Of a stretch of 59,734 nt of DNA, positions 9,722 through 20,000 are shown piece after piece. The position numbers were made by a program, and so were the translations under genes. How positions within the stretch are numbered: position 1 is the stretch's first letter; every line of letters begins with the position of its first letter. The notes under the pieces are model-generated. The model was not told the DNA's origin and searched no databases. It saw nothing but the letters and a program-made list of their open reading frames with translations. The stretch lies in IMG/VR virus record IMGVR_UViG_3300037755_000523, positions 1-59,734 of that record. The stretch is one strand, 5' to 3'. The stretch comes from a virus (lineage: Duplodnaviria; Caudoviricetes).

Positions 9722-10184
9722 GAATCCATTCGTAGATCTAGACGCATTTATTAAGCGCCTGGAACGGCCCGGCAACGCCGAACGGCGCAAAGTGTTCGAC
9801 GCCATTACGCAGGGCTTTCAGCGCAACTTTAGTGCGGAGGGTTCGCGACGCGGCAAGTGGCGCGCCCTGGCACCGTCCACGGTCATCGACCGCCAGCGCC
9901 GTGGCTATGGCGGCCAACACCCGATCCTGGTGCGGACGGGCGATCTACGCGCCTCGTTCGTGCAACGTGGAGCCAAAGACCACGTTGAGGAGTTCCAGCT
10001 AACCGCGCAGGGCTGGCGGATACTGGCCGGCAGCGCATCCGAGATTGGCTTTTTCCAGGAACTCGGCACGCAGCGCATCCCACCACGCCCGATCACCGAA
10101 CTGACTGGTGGAGCCGAGCAGCGCATCATCAACACAATCGACTACATGATAGCTACGGCGGAGGCTGCAACCATTGCCAGATAA
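9696..10184 (+). CDS. Virion morphogenesis protein (Mu gpG / HK97 gp10-like)
   Basis: KWRALAPST, PILVRTGDLRAS and FQELGTQRIPPRP motifs. Confidence 0.75.
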   Translation: MQIILRAPKNPFVDLDAFIKRLERPGNAERRKVFDAITQGFQRNFSAEGSRRGKWRALAPSTVIDRQRRGYGGQHPILVRTGDLRASFVQRGAKDHVEEFQLTAQGWRILAGSASEIGFFQELGTQRIPPRPITELTGGAEQRIINTIDYMIATAEAATIAR

Positions 10185-13100
10185 GGCACTCACCTACAAC
10201 GTCGAAATGAATTTGGCGCAGGCGCGCACCTCCGCGAAACAGCTGACCGGCATCTATCAGCAGGAGTTGAGCCGGGTCGATTTGCGTGTGCTTGACACCG
10301 GCCTGAACCAATCGCAGGGCGAAGCCAAACAGCTACAAACCAACCTGCGCGGCGTGACCGATGAGATTGAGCGCGCCGGTCGTGCAAGCCGCAACATCAC
10401 GACCGGCGGCGGGGCGGCTAGCGGGAGCGGGCTGGGCGGTCTGGCGACGGGGCTAATCGGCGGCTTGACCGGCTACCTTGCTACGCAGGGCGCACAACAG
10501 ATAGCGCAACAGGCAATGAGTTTTGCCGAGCTTGGCACGCAGGTACGACGCGCCGACGAAGCATTTGACATCCTCTCAGGCAGCGCTCGAACGGCAGAGC
10601 AGCGCATCAACGCCATCCAGAAAGCCAGCAACAATACAGTGTCCGAACTCAAGGCAATGGAGATCGGCACACAACTTGTCAGTCTGCGTTTGGCGAGTAC
10701 GACCGAGGATTTTGAGCGCCTCACCCGCGCCGGGCGTCAAATTGCGCTCGTGTCACCAACAATCAAGGACTTGGGCGAGGCGCTGACACAGTTATCGCTG
10801 TTCGCCGCCAACGAACAGTCATTTGCCCGCGCCGACCAGTTAGGGCTTGCCACCGGCGAAGTGCGCGAACGCATGGCGGAACTTCGGGCCGAGAACGAGA
10901 ACCTGGACGGCTCACAGGCAAAACTACTGGCATCCACGCAGTTGCTTGAGGAAAAGTTTGGCGCGGTGCTGGACGGCGGCAGTGCGGCGGCGTCTGGGGT
11001 GGAGAAGTTCCGTGTTGCGATTGAGGATGCGCGCAACGAATTGGCAAAAGGGCCGCTAGGCCGCGGCATCGATTCGTTGTTTGGCGTGGCGGCTGGTGGG
11101 ATCACAGGCGTAGGCGCTCAGGCCAATCGTACAGCCATCGATTGGGCCACGCTGTTAGGTGCGGCAACGCTAGAGGACGAGATCGCCCGTATCAAAACAT
11201 TGATTACGGGTGCAGGCTCCGGCAGTATTGAACAGGGTATTCGTTCGTTGTTTGGCCAGTCCGTTGATATTGGCGGACTGGCCAAAGTGGTATCAGCGTT
11301 CGACCAGATAAAAAATGCGACCGACCGTGGCGTACCAGGGCTGGAAGATTATCGCGATGTACTGGCCGCCATCGCGCAGGAAGCCGCAAAGTCGGGCGGT
11401 GTGACCGAAAGCCAAGCGCGCGCTTTAGACGCCATTGCAGTTAGCGTCGCGCAGGCGTCAAGCGCCTATCGCGACCTGCAAGCCGCACAGGTTGACACCA
11501 GCGCGATTGACAACCTGATTGCAACCTTCCAGCAACTGGACATCCTGATCGCCGACGCCGGCGCATTCACACCCGCGCAAGTGCCGGCCATCGAACAAAT
11601 CCAAAAGGCGCTACTCGACCTCAAGATCGAGATCGCCGCGACCGGCGAAGTGACTGACGAACAAGCGGCGGCCATCTCCAACCTGGAAGGGCGCTTGTCG
11701 TCTGCGTCCAGTGCGGTGCAGTTTATGGGCACGGCGGAGGGGCAAACGGCGCTCGCCACCGGCCAGCTAAACGCCGAACTCATCAACACGCCCGGCTATC
11801 TGGACGCCATCGGCCTGAGTGCGGAGCGGGCCGGTGTAGCCTTGCAACAGGCGCTCGCCATCGCTGGGCAGGCGCAAGCGCAACTTACAAGCGGGCTGTC
11901 CGGCCTCATTGCACGCGGTCTGGTCACAGCCGAGCAGGCGGCACAAATTCTCCAACAGCAACAAGGGGCAGCGACCCAGGGCGCGTTTGCGATTGCCAAC
12001 GGTGGTGGCACACCGGCAGAGCAGGCATTCCGTCAAGCCGAGCTACAACGCCAGTTGAGCGAGCCGCTACGGATTATCGAGGAGAATGAGAAGGCGCGCC
12101 TTGCGGCCATCCGCGAGCAGGAAGCCGCACAGAAGCGAGCCGCACGGGAAACCGAGAGCGCGTTCAAAAAAGCGGCGTCCGAGGCTGAGAAGGCGTTTAA
12201 GGCCGCCGCGGCGCAACTGGAAAGCGACCTTCGTAGCACGCCGGGCCTGTTTGGCGCATCAGCAGTTACGCAGGAGCAAATGGCCGGTGCGGCCGCTGGT
12301 CTGCCGCAGAACTTTGCCGACAATTTTATTCGCCGGTTGCGCGACGAGGTGGAGAATGGCAAGGACTGGGAAGGCGTCAGTATCGACATCGCGCGCGAGG
12401 CGTTGGGGCGGGTGGGCATCGTCGCTAGTGACAACGCCGAGGCTGTGGTGCAACAGATCACCGAAGCTTGGAACAATAGCAGCCTGTTTGCTGATCCTGC
12501 TAATCTTGCGCTCATCAACGAAGAAGCCGTGCGCGCCAACCTGGATCTGCAAGAAAAGGCGCGCCAGGGTCAGGAGAACATCCTCAAACACTTCGGCGTG
12601 GTGATTGACGAAGCGGTTGCGGCGGCCACGGGTGGCGGTGCGGCGGGGGGCGTCACCCCACCGGCCATTGGGCCACCGCCCGTTTTGCCCACCGGCGAAC
12701 AGGCCGCGTTGGCCGGTGGGGCGGCGGGGAATTTCGTGTTCACCGTTTCACCCACCGCCATGAGTGATATCACCGGCGCGCTGATCGAGCAAGCCGGTGC
12801 GGAGCAACCGCGCATCGAGGCGCTGGGCGGGTTGTACGGGTTGTATTTCGCCAATGGCATCGCGAACCGAGATTTTGAGCCGGTCGCAAACGACACCATC
12901 AGCGGCATGGCGACCGCATTGGCCGCCCAGGGCGATGTCATTCGCGGGCAGGGCACGGATTACGCGTCGATCATGGCGCTGGGTATTGCCGGTTACGACT
13001 TCACCAGCACGGCGGCCAGTGCGGTGATCGGGCTGCGCTCCGCATTTGGCACGGAAGAGAATCTGAACATCCTACTCGGCACGGGGGGTGCGATTGCCAC

Positions 13101-13221
13101 CTTTATCCGTGACGGTATGACGAACGAGGTCAACAAGCCCGACTGGGCCCAAAGCCTTGTGGATTCGATTGTGGCGCAAATTCTCGCATCGGCGAGCGCC
13201 AGTTTGACGGAGGGAGTGTGA
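10174..13221 (+). CDS. Tape measure protein
   Basis: 1015 aa, Ala-rich helical, after the chaperones. Confidence 0.85.
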   Translation: MPDKALTYNVEMNLAQARTSAKQLTGIYQQELSRVDLRVLDTGLNQSQGEAKQLQTNLRGVTDEIERAGRASRNITTGGGAASGSGLGGLATGLIGGLTGYLATQGAQQIAQQAMSFAELGTQVRRADEAFDILSGSARTAEQRINAIQKASNNTVSELKAMEIGTQLVSLRLASTTEDFERLTRAGRQIALVSPTIKDLGEALTQLSLFAANEQSFARADQLGLATGEVRERMAELRAENENLDGSQAKLLASTQLLEEKFGAVLDGGSAAASGVEKFRVAIEDARNELAKGPLGRGIDSLFGVAAGGITGVGAQANRTAIDWATLLGAATLEDEIARIKTLITGAGSGSIEQGIRSLFGQSVDIGGLAKVVSAFDQIKNATDRGVPGLEDYRDVLAAIAQEAAKSGGVTESQARALDAIAVSVAQASSAYRDLQAAQVDTSAIDNLIATFQQLDILIADAGAFTPAQVPAIEQIQKALLDLKIEIAATGEVTDEQAAAISNLEGRLSSASSAVQFMGTAEGQTALATGQLNAELINTPGYLDAIGLSAERAGVALQQALAIAGQAQAQLTSGLSGLIARGLVTAEQAAQILQQQQGAATQGAFAIANGGGTPAEQAFRQAELQRQLSEPLRIIEENEKARLAAIREQEAAQKRAARETESAFKKAASEAEKAFKAAAAQLESDLRSTPGLFGASAVTQEQMAGAAAGLPQNFADNFIRRLRDEVENGKDWEGVSIDIAREALGRVGIVASDNAEAVVQQITEAWNNSSLFADPANLALINEEAVRANLDLQEKARQGQENILKHFGVVIDEAVAAATGGGAAGGVTPPAIGPPPVLPTGEQAALAGGAAGNFVFTVSPTAMSDITGALIEQAGAEQPRIEALGGLYGLYFANGIANRDFEPVANDTISGMATALAAQGDVIRGQGTDYASIMALGIAGYDFTSTAASAVIGLRSAFGTEENLNILLGTGGAIATFIRDGMTNEVNKPDWAQSLVDSIVAQILASASASLTEGV

Positions 13222-13222
13222 G

Positions 13223-13591
13223 ATGCCAGCGACATTTGACGACGGCGTGAGCGAGTACACGACACCGACGCCGATGGGCGACATTGGCGATTACAATTTT
13301 GAGTACCTGCCGCAGATTGCGCGCAATGGGCGCGGCGACGTGGTGACGGCGCCATACAGCCGCCTCACCTGGCAATGGCGACATATGAGCGTGAGCGACT
13401 ATACCTGGTGGTGCAGCACATTGCTGGGCGGCGCGCCGTCCAAAGTGTTCGCCGGTGGCGATACGCTGCTGCTCAACCATCTAGGCGCGCCAACTTTTGT
13501 GTCTAGTTGCGTGGTCTATCGCCCAACGCACGGGCCGGCAGTGGGGGCGTACTTTACGAATGTACAACTGGAGGTTGGATTAATCATATGA
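13223..13591 (+). CDS. Distal tail protein-like
   Basis: 122 aa immediately after the tape measure gene. Confidence 0.5.
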   Translation: MPATFDDGVSEYTTPTPMGDIGDYNFEYLPQIARNGRGDVVTAPYSRLTWQWRHMSVSDYTWWCSTLLGGAPSKVFAGGDTLLLNHLGAPTFVSSCVVYRPTHGPAVGAYFTNVQLEVGLII

Positions 13592-13788
13592 CCAAAGGGC
13601 AGAAGATCATCAAACTTACCCGCGCTGAGACGCTGTATTGTATGCTGGCTGATGCGCTCTTTAGCCTTGACCCTGGCGAGACCGTTGGGCGCGCGCGGGC
13701 GCGCATCTTGGGTAGCGCAACGGTTGAGGAGTTAGCGCAGGTGGCCGGCCTGGTCGAAGAGAAGCGTAAACTGTACACGGTGGACTAA
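13588..13788 (+). CDS. Hypothetical protein
   Basis: GGAGG RBS, ATGA and TAATG overlaps. Confidence 0.5.
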   Translation: MTKGQKIIKLTRAETLYCMLADALFSLDPGETVGRARARILGSATVEELAQVAGLVEEKRKLYTVD

Positions 13789-16487
13789 TGGCCTTTTACC
13801 AGTTCCGCGCCCTGGTTGGGCCACGTTACAACCATTTTGACTGGTCGGGCTATGGCTATGGTGACACGACCAGTTTTGATATTTCGTCGCTCATTGCAAC
13901 CGAGATTGAGGCTGTGGACACGACCATCGGCCTGACCAGCGCTGCTGCGTTCCCCAGTGCGGGCGGTTTTTTCGTCGGTGGCTCGTGGGGTATGGCGTTC
14001 GAGTATGTGCGCTATACCGGCAAGAGCGTCAACAACCTGACCGGCTGCACGCGTGAGCCGGTTGGCGTCTCGAACCATGCCGGCTACCACGAGGCTGATG
14101 AGGTCGCCTATTTCTGGTATCCGATCCAGGATGATGACGGGGTACTGAGATTTAGTCTCAACGATGACCCGACCCTCTCCTCGCAAACCTGGGAGGCGTC
14201 CCTGCGCGGCTACCGTGCGCGCCATTGGGCGCTGCGCAACAATCACCTGATCGCCATCCAGACGCGTACATCGCCCGCCGGTGCATGGGCGCTTGAACTG
14301 TTGGGCGTCATCGACTCGCCAGCGTTCCACGACGACAGCAATCGCTATGGGCAATGGGCGATGAAGATCAGGCACGTGGGCAGCGTCTGGGAAAATGAGC
14401 GCGTCAAAGGCGTGCGTGTGGGCAATTTCGACATCGCCAAACATGCCAGCGCCACGGGCAGCACGTCGCTTGTGCTGGCCAGTGATGAGCGCAACGCCGG
14501 CGACTACACCCAAGCCGAGCCGGACTTTGACGCTGAGAAGACGGTTGACGATGATGAGGGTACGCTCTGGATTGCCGAGCGGTTCATGGGCACGCAGGAA
14601 GGCTACCTGTATGTCAACGCCGATCCGGAGAATGACGCAGGTGCGAAGTTTAGCCAACTCTACCTGAACCCGCCTGATGACACACCGGCGCGGGCGCGCT
14701 GGATTGAGATCATCGCCATGACCAGCGATGGCGTGGCCGATATATCGCTCTATAGCGCCAACGGCACGGAGAGCGTAATTCTGGACATTAGCAGCGCCGG
14801 CATTACAACGCATGAGCGGCTGATCATCTGCGAGGATTTAGCTATTTTCTCCGAGCTAAACCCGATAGGCACGCCAGCGGCTACAATCGAAAATAGTTCG
14901 TTCTTTGACCACCTGCTCGCCAGCGGTGGCGACATGTGGTTGCGCTCGTCGCTTTCGTGGCTCAGTCGCGTAGCCTGGGGCGACGGTCATCATTCGACGA
15001 ACGGCGCAAACTTCCCGCACGAGGATGCGCCAACCGGCCAGTATGGCAGCGGCACGCTGATCGACGCACCGGCCAAAGGTGAAACGCTACGCTATATCCA
15101 CGACACCACCGGCACGACCGAGGCCACCGACTTTTGGAACGTGGGCAGGGTGCATAATGCTGGCTACCGTATCGACACGACGCCCGATCAGTGGGTGGCG
15201 GTCAATTTTCCAGGGCTGGGCCTGTTTCTCAAGGCGGACATTACATCCACCGATCCGGGCGATGGCGAGTATCTGGAGATTGTGGACGCTGCTGGCAACG
15301 GTTCCACAGCCGGTATTGCGGGCAGTGGGATCATCTACATCGGCGGCGAATATATCTCCTACCAGAGCAAGGACGAAGACGGCGTATGGCTGACGTCATC
15401 GGGCGCACGCGGCTACACAGGAGGCACGTCGGCGGCCATCCACGACGAAGGTGATCCGGTCTACACCGTCGAGAGTGGCATCATCACCGACGCACCTATG
15501 CTGGCGTCGGTGGCGTGGTACAGGTACGGCGGCACGTCCTATCCGGCCTATTTCACGGTTTTCCGGTCAAACATCCTGAACCCGCGCACGTCGGCGGATA
15601 CTGGCTGGCAGGCGGATTACACGACAATTGAGGATGTTGACGCGGCCAGTGCAGCCTCATGGGTAGAGATATTTGGCAGCCCGACCCGCATCCAAACGCT
15701 GCTGATTGAGTTCGAGAAGATGACGCAGGACCCTGGCCGGCCACGGGTAAACGAGATCTCTGCTATCCTGGAGCCAACCTACTACCTGTCCGCCTACTGG
15801 CTGGACAATCCGGTCGCAACGCACGTGCTAATCGAGCAGATCCTTGTTGACGCCGGTTGGCCGGCAGGGGCTGTCAGCAACAATGGCAGCACGCCGTCAT
15901 TGTCCGACGTTGAGACGGGCGAAGACAGCGCCTGGACGGTTGCGGTCGACCTGGCTGAGTTTGCCGGGGTGCGCTTGACCGTTGACCGTGTGAGCCATTG
16001 CAGCATTGCGGCGGATACGTTCTGGACAAGCTCGTCGCCAACCTACACGTTTACGTGGGACAAGTCCAACGTGACCGACATCCAAAAGTCAGACCGCAAC
16101 GATCTAAAAGTGGCGCAGGTGGCGCTTTCGTGGCGTAGCCCGGACGGCACGAGTAGCGGCGTCGAATACTATCCGGCCACGCCGGGCATTGCCGGCGAGA
16201 CGTTGGAGATTAAAGAGCAAGTTTATAGTTCGTCCAGCGCGGCGCAGGCGGCGGCGATCAAAAAATACTACTTAGCGCACTTTCCGTACACGGTGGTGAT
16301 CGAAGCGGCGGACAGCCAGCCGACCATGACGCCAGGCTACATCCATCGGCTGCTGTGGAGCTTTAATTTGGCGGATGGAGAGATTGAGCGCCTGTACATG
16401 GTGGTGGGAGTAGATCACTGGATCGAGGACGCGCAGTGGCACACGACGGTCTATTTACAGCAGATACAGCGAGTTGTGGGGTATTGA
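13788..16487 (+). CDS. Tail tip / baseplate hub protein
   Basis: 899 aa, beta-rich, distal tail position. Confidence 0.65.
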   Translation: MAFYQFRALVGPRYNHFDWSGYGYGDTTSFDISSLIATEIEAVDTTIGLTSAAAFPSAGGFFVGGSWGMAFEYVRYTGKSVNNLTGCTREPVGVSNHAGYHEADEVAYFWYPIQDDDGVLRFSLNDDPTLSSQTWEASLRGYRARHWALRNNHLIAIQTRTSPAGAWALELLGVIDSPAFHDDSNRYGQWAMKIRHVGSVWENERVKGVRVGNFDIAKHASATGSTSLVLASDERNAGDYTQAEPDFDAEKTVDDDEGTLWIAERFMGTQEGYLYVNADPENDAGAKFSQLYLNPPDDTPARARWIEIIAMTSDGVADISLYSANGTESVILDISSAGITTHERLIICEDLAIFSELNPIGTPAATIENSSFFDHLLASGGDMWLRSSLSWLSRVAWGDGHHSTNGANFPHEDAPTGQYGSGTLIDAPAKGETLRYIHDTTGTTEATDFWNVGRVHNAGYRIDTTPDQWVAVNFPGLGLFLKADITSTDPGDGEYLEIVDAAGNGSTAGIAGSGIIYIGGEYISYQSKDEDGVWLTSSGARGYTGGTSAAIHDEGDPVYTVESGIITDAPMLASVAWYRYGGTSYPAYFTVFRSNILNPRTSADTGWQADYTTIEDVDAASAASWVEIFGSPTRIQTLLIEFEKMTQDPGRPRVNEISAILEPTYYLSAYWLDNPVATHVLIEQILVDAGWPAGAVSNNGSTPSLSDVETGEDSAWTVAVDLAEFAGVRLTVDRVSHCSIAADTFWTSSSPTYTFTWDKSNVTDIQKSDRNDLKVAQVALSWRSPDGTSSGVEYYPATPGIAGETLEIKEQVYSSSSAAQAAAIKKYYLAHFPYTVVIEAADSQPTMTPGYIHRLLWSFNLADGEIERLYMVVGVDHWIEDAQWHTTVYLQQIQRVVGY

Positions 16488-16499
16488 GATGAGGAGATC

Positions 16500-17066
16500 G
16501 TGATGAGTCCAACAGGCAGCGCGGTGGAAGATTGGGGGCCGTATGGCGTGCCAATAGAAGTCGCGGCGGCTTTTATCGAATCGCTGACAGAACATATCAC
16601 TTATGTTGTGGAGGCTGGTGAGCGTATTGGTGTATCGAAAGACCAATTGGACGTTCACGACCTAAGCAAATGGAGTATCCACGAATTTCCAGGATACGCG
16701 CTCCACTTCAAAGGCGGGGGCGCGCCGGATTTATTTGTTCATGCCTGGTTGCACCATATCCATTACAACCCGCATCACTGGCAACATTGGATTTTCGCAG
16801 ACAGATTTACACCAAAGGGGAGCCGGGTCGAAGGCGGTTGCGTTGAAATGCCAAAAATCTACGTGGTCGAAATGGTGGCCGACTGGATGGGCGCAAGTCG
16901 TGCCTATACCGGTTCATGGGATATGAGCAACTGGCTAGGCGAAAACTTGCCAAAAATACAACTGCACTCTAATTCGTGGATTGTACTCAAAGAAATTTTG
17001 CGTAAGTCCGAGTATGGTTATCACAACATCCTGAACGAATTACAGGTTAACGGGCTTATCCCATGA
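16500..17066 (+). CDS. HD-like protein (DUF5662-like)
   Basis: HDLSK, HHIHYNPHHWQ and EMVADW motifs; GAGGAG RBS. Confidence 0.7.
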   Translation: MMSPTGSAVEDWGPYGVPIEVAAAFIESLTEHITYVVEAGERIGVSKDQLDVHDLSKWSIHEFPGYALHFKGGGAPDLFVHAWLHHIHYNPHHWQHWIFADRFTPKGSRVEGGCVEMPKIYVVEMVADWMGASRAYTGSWDMSNWLGENLPKIQLHSNSWIVLKEILRKSEYGYHNILNELQVNGLIP

Positions 17067-20000
17067 CCACAAAACGGATGTCCTACGCCCTGCGTCGCCT
17101 GCAAACACAGCGTTTTGGCGACGCGCTCAGGGGCAAATTTCCGGCCAAACAGACGACGCTCGTCGCGGCGCGCGTCAACGCGCAGACGGTGCAGATTGGC
17201 GGCCAATACTACCCCGGCGCAATCGACGACGAAGCGGCCAGCGTGGTCAACATCGGCAGGCCAGCCAGCGCGATTTATGGCCCGGCTGGCAATGGCGGCG
17301 GGGCCGTCGTTGTACTGCGCGGCGGCAGTTCTGAGGTGGGCGGAGCGGGCGGCGGCGGCGATGTGGCGTCGCACAACCTGAATGACGACACTATCCATAT
17401 CGGGCAGCTAGATCGCACACAGGCGACGTTCGTTGCCACCGACATCGCCGCCGGTATTGCCACCCATGCCGCGCTGCCCGACGTGCATCATGCACGGGTA
17501 TCGAGCGCCAATAGTGGGATTGCCGTAAGTGGCAGTCAAGCGCTCACGCTCACACTAGCCACCAACCCAGGGCTCGAAATTGCATCCGGCCTGAGGCTGG
17601 GCACGCCTGGAAACTCCGGCGCGCAGACCGCCAACCAGGTCAGCACCGCCAGCCATGCACACGCTATCGTTGGTTACAGCGACGGCGCGCTACATCCTAG
17701 CGAGCTGACGAAATTCGACAGCGGCGGCGGCATCGCGCCGTATTACCTGACCACCAACACGATCAACACGGCCAGCGGCAATTTGACCATTACGCCGGCA
17801 GGCACGGGCACGTTTACGCCATCCGCAAAGGCGCTTGGTTCATCCGTGCATGTGCCGGGTTTGCTAGGCGACGGCTGGCGCATTAGTGAGCGCGACGGCA
17901 TCGCCGGCCTGTCGCACTTGGATATTCGCAGCATTTACAGCGATGAGCTGATTGTTAAATCCTTCATCGCCGACATTGTGCGCGTACGTATGGGCGAGGA
18001 CTGGCTGACGTACAGCATGGGCATTGTGACCGCCAACAACACGGGCGTGAATTTCGTCACGCCCGCGGTTGGTTCGTCAGCGCGGCTGTACATCGAAAAT
18101 AGTCCGTTCGTGACCGGCGCATTGTACGCAGATAACGAGTGGGTGCTACTCGACATCCTCAATCGCGACGGGGGCGGGCTGGTCAAGGCGTACATTTGGG
18201 GCCAGGTATCCAGCTACATCGAGGAGGCCGACAACCGGCAATCGTGGCTGTTCGTGAACCGGCAAGGCATTGCCGGGATCGTGGTCGATCCGGGCGTTGC
18301 GGCGCTGTCGTTTGGCCTGTCAGGGCAGGGCTACATCCATCGCAGCGTGGTCGATCCTGACTCACCGTTCATTCGCGTCAGCACATGGAGCGGGGCCAAT
18401 CCCTACACACCCGCCAACCGTACGGTGCATGTGCAGATTGGCGACTTAGACGGCGTGGACTGGTCGCCCTATTTTGAGCCGAGCGGATGGGGCATCTTTG
18501 CCGACAATGCCTATTTGCAGGGGTCGCTCGTGGCTGCGGCGGGCGACCTGTGGGCGTCTACCGACGGACTGAACATTCAGGCCGGCAATACGCAGGGCGT
18601 CTACAGCGACTGGCCGCTGCATTTGACCTGGGCGGCTGATCCGGCGGAGCCGACGCTCGCGGGGCAGGTCTTCCAGGTTTGGGGCGAGCGGTTCTCGGAC
18701 ACCAACCGCGGCGTAATTGAGACTTTGGCTGGAACAGGCACGGGCATCACCAACAGTCGTGTTATCGTGCGCGCTAGGCGCGTGGATGAAGCGGGCGGCG
18801 CTGTATTGGACCTTAACGCGTTCGACATCGAGAGCGTGATCAACCTCAACGCAATCAATCCAGATGGGGTGACAAAAGGCCGCATCATCCTGAACGGGAA
18901 CGTGACGCTTGGCGGCGATACCGACGCCATTGTCAGCGCGCCGGCAATCCGGCCATCGACGGCTGGCGCAACCAACCTGGGCACGGCGGGCGTACCGTGG
19001 GGTACGCTCTACGTCAACGACATCGTTGCAGAGACCATCACAGGAACCACGGCGCTGGGCGGCTCCATTTGGCAGTACGACGGCAACATGGTGATCCGTT
19101 CCGTATCATCATCTGCGGCGCGCACGCTGTCCATTGCCAATCCGGGTACGGGCCTGATGCACGTGGATGTTGAGGGCAACATCACGGTTGGCGGTACGGT
19201 TGACGGAACGGACATCGCCAGTTTTCACAGCGACTATGTAACGCACGCCGGTGACGTTAATGCGCATCATAATCAGAATCACGTGCTCGCTTCCACGGTC
19301 GCACTGGGGCCAGATCATAGCGTGACGGGTCTGAGCGCCGGCCACGTCCTCAAGGCGCTGACGGCCACGAGCGCCGCATTTGGCTTTTTGGCGCACAGCC
19401 AACTATCTAGCGTGACTGCCAACCAGCACCACAACCAAAATCACGTACTGGCAACCACGACCGGTTTAGGGCCAGATCATAGCGTGAGCGGATTGACAGC
19501 GGGGCAAGTGTTGCGCGCGACCAGTGCAGGGGCGGCGCGCTTCGTGCAGTTGCAGCACGACGACCTGGGCGGCGTGACCGCTGACCAGCATCACCCGCGG
19601 GTGCATAGCATCGTGGGCAGTGACCACACGATCACCGGCAGTCAATATCAGATTGTCGGGGCCACGGCCACGAACACGTTGGGCCTGCTCACGCCGTCGT
19701 TCAATCCGGGTGCGGGTGCGGCGATTCTGCGCACGACAACGAGCGGCGGCTTGACGCTGAAGACGTTGACCGTGCAGGGCAATGTGGACATCACCACCGG
19801 CGGCGATCTGACCGTTGGCGCCAACATCCTGTTCGTGGATGCGAGTGGCACGAACGTTGGTATCAACCGCGCGCCCGACCCGCAATTCGACCTGGACGTA
19901 AACGGCAACCTGCGCGCCGGGGGCTGGATCGTGGGCAAGCACGCCATCCAGGTTGACGGCGCAACCATGATCGTCCATTACGACGCCGGCGACGGCGAGA

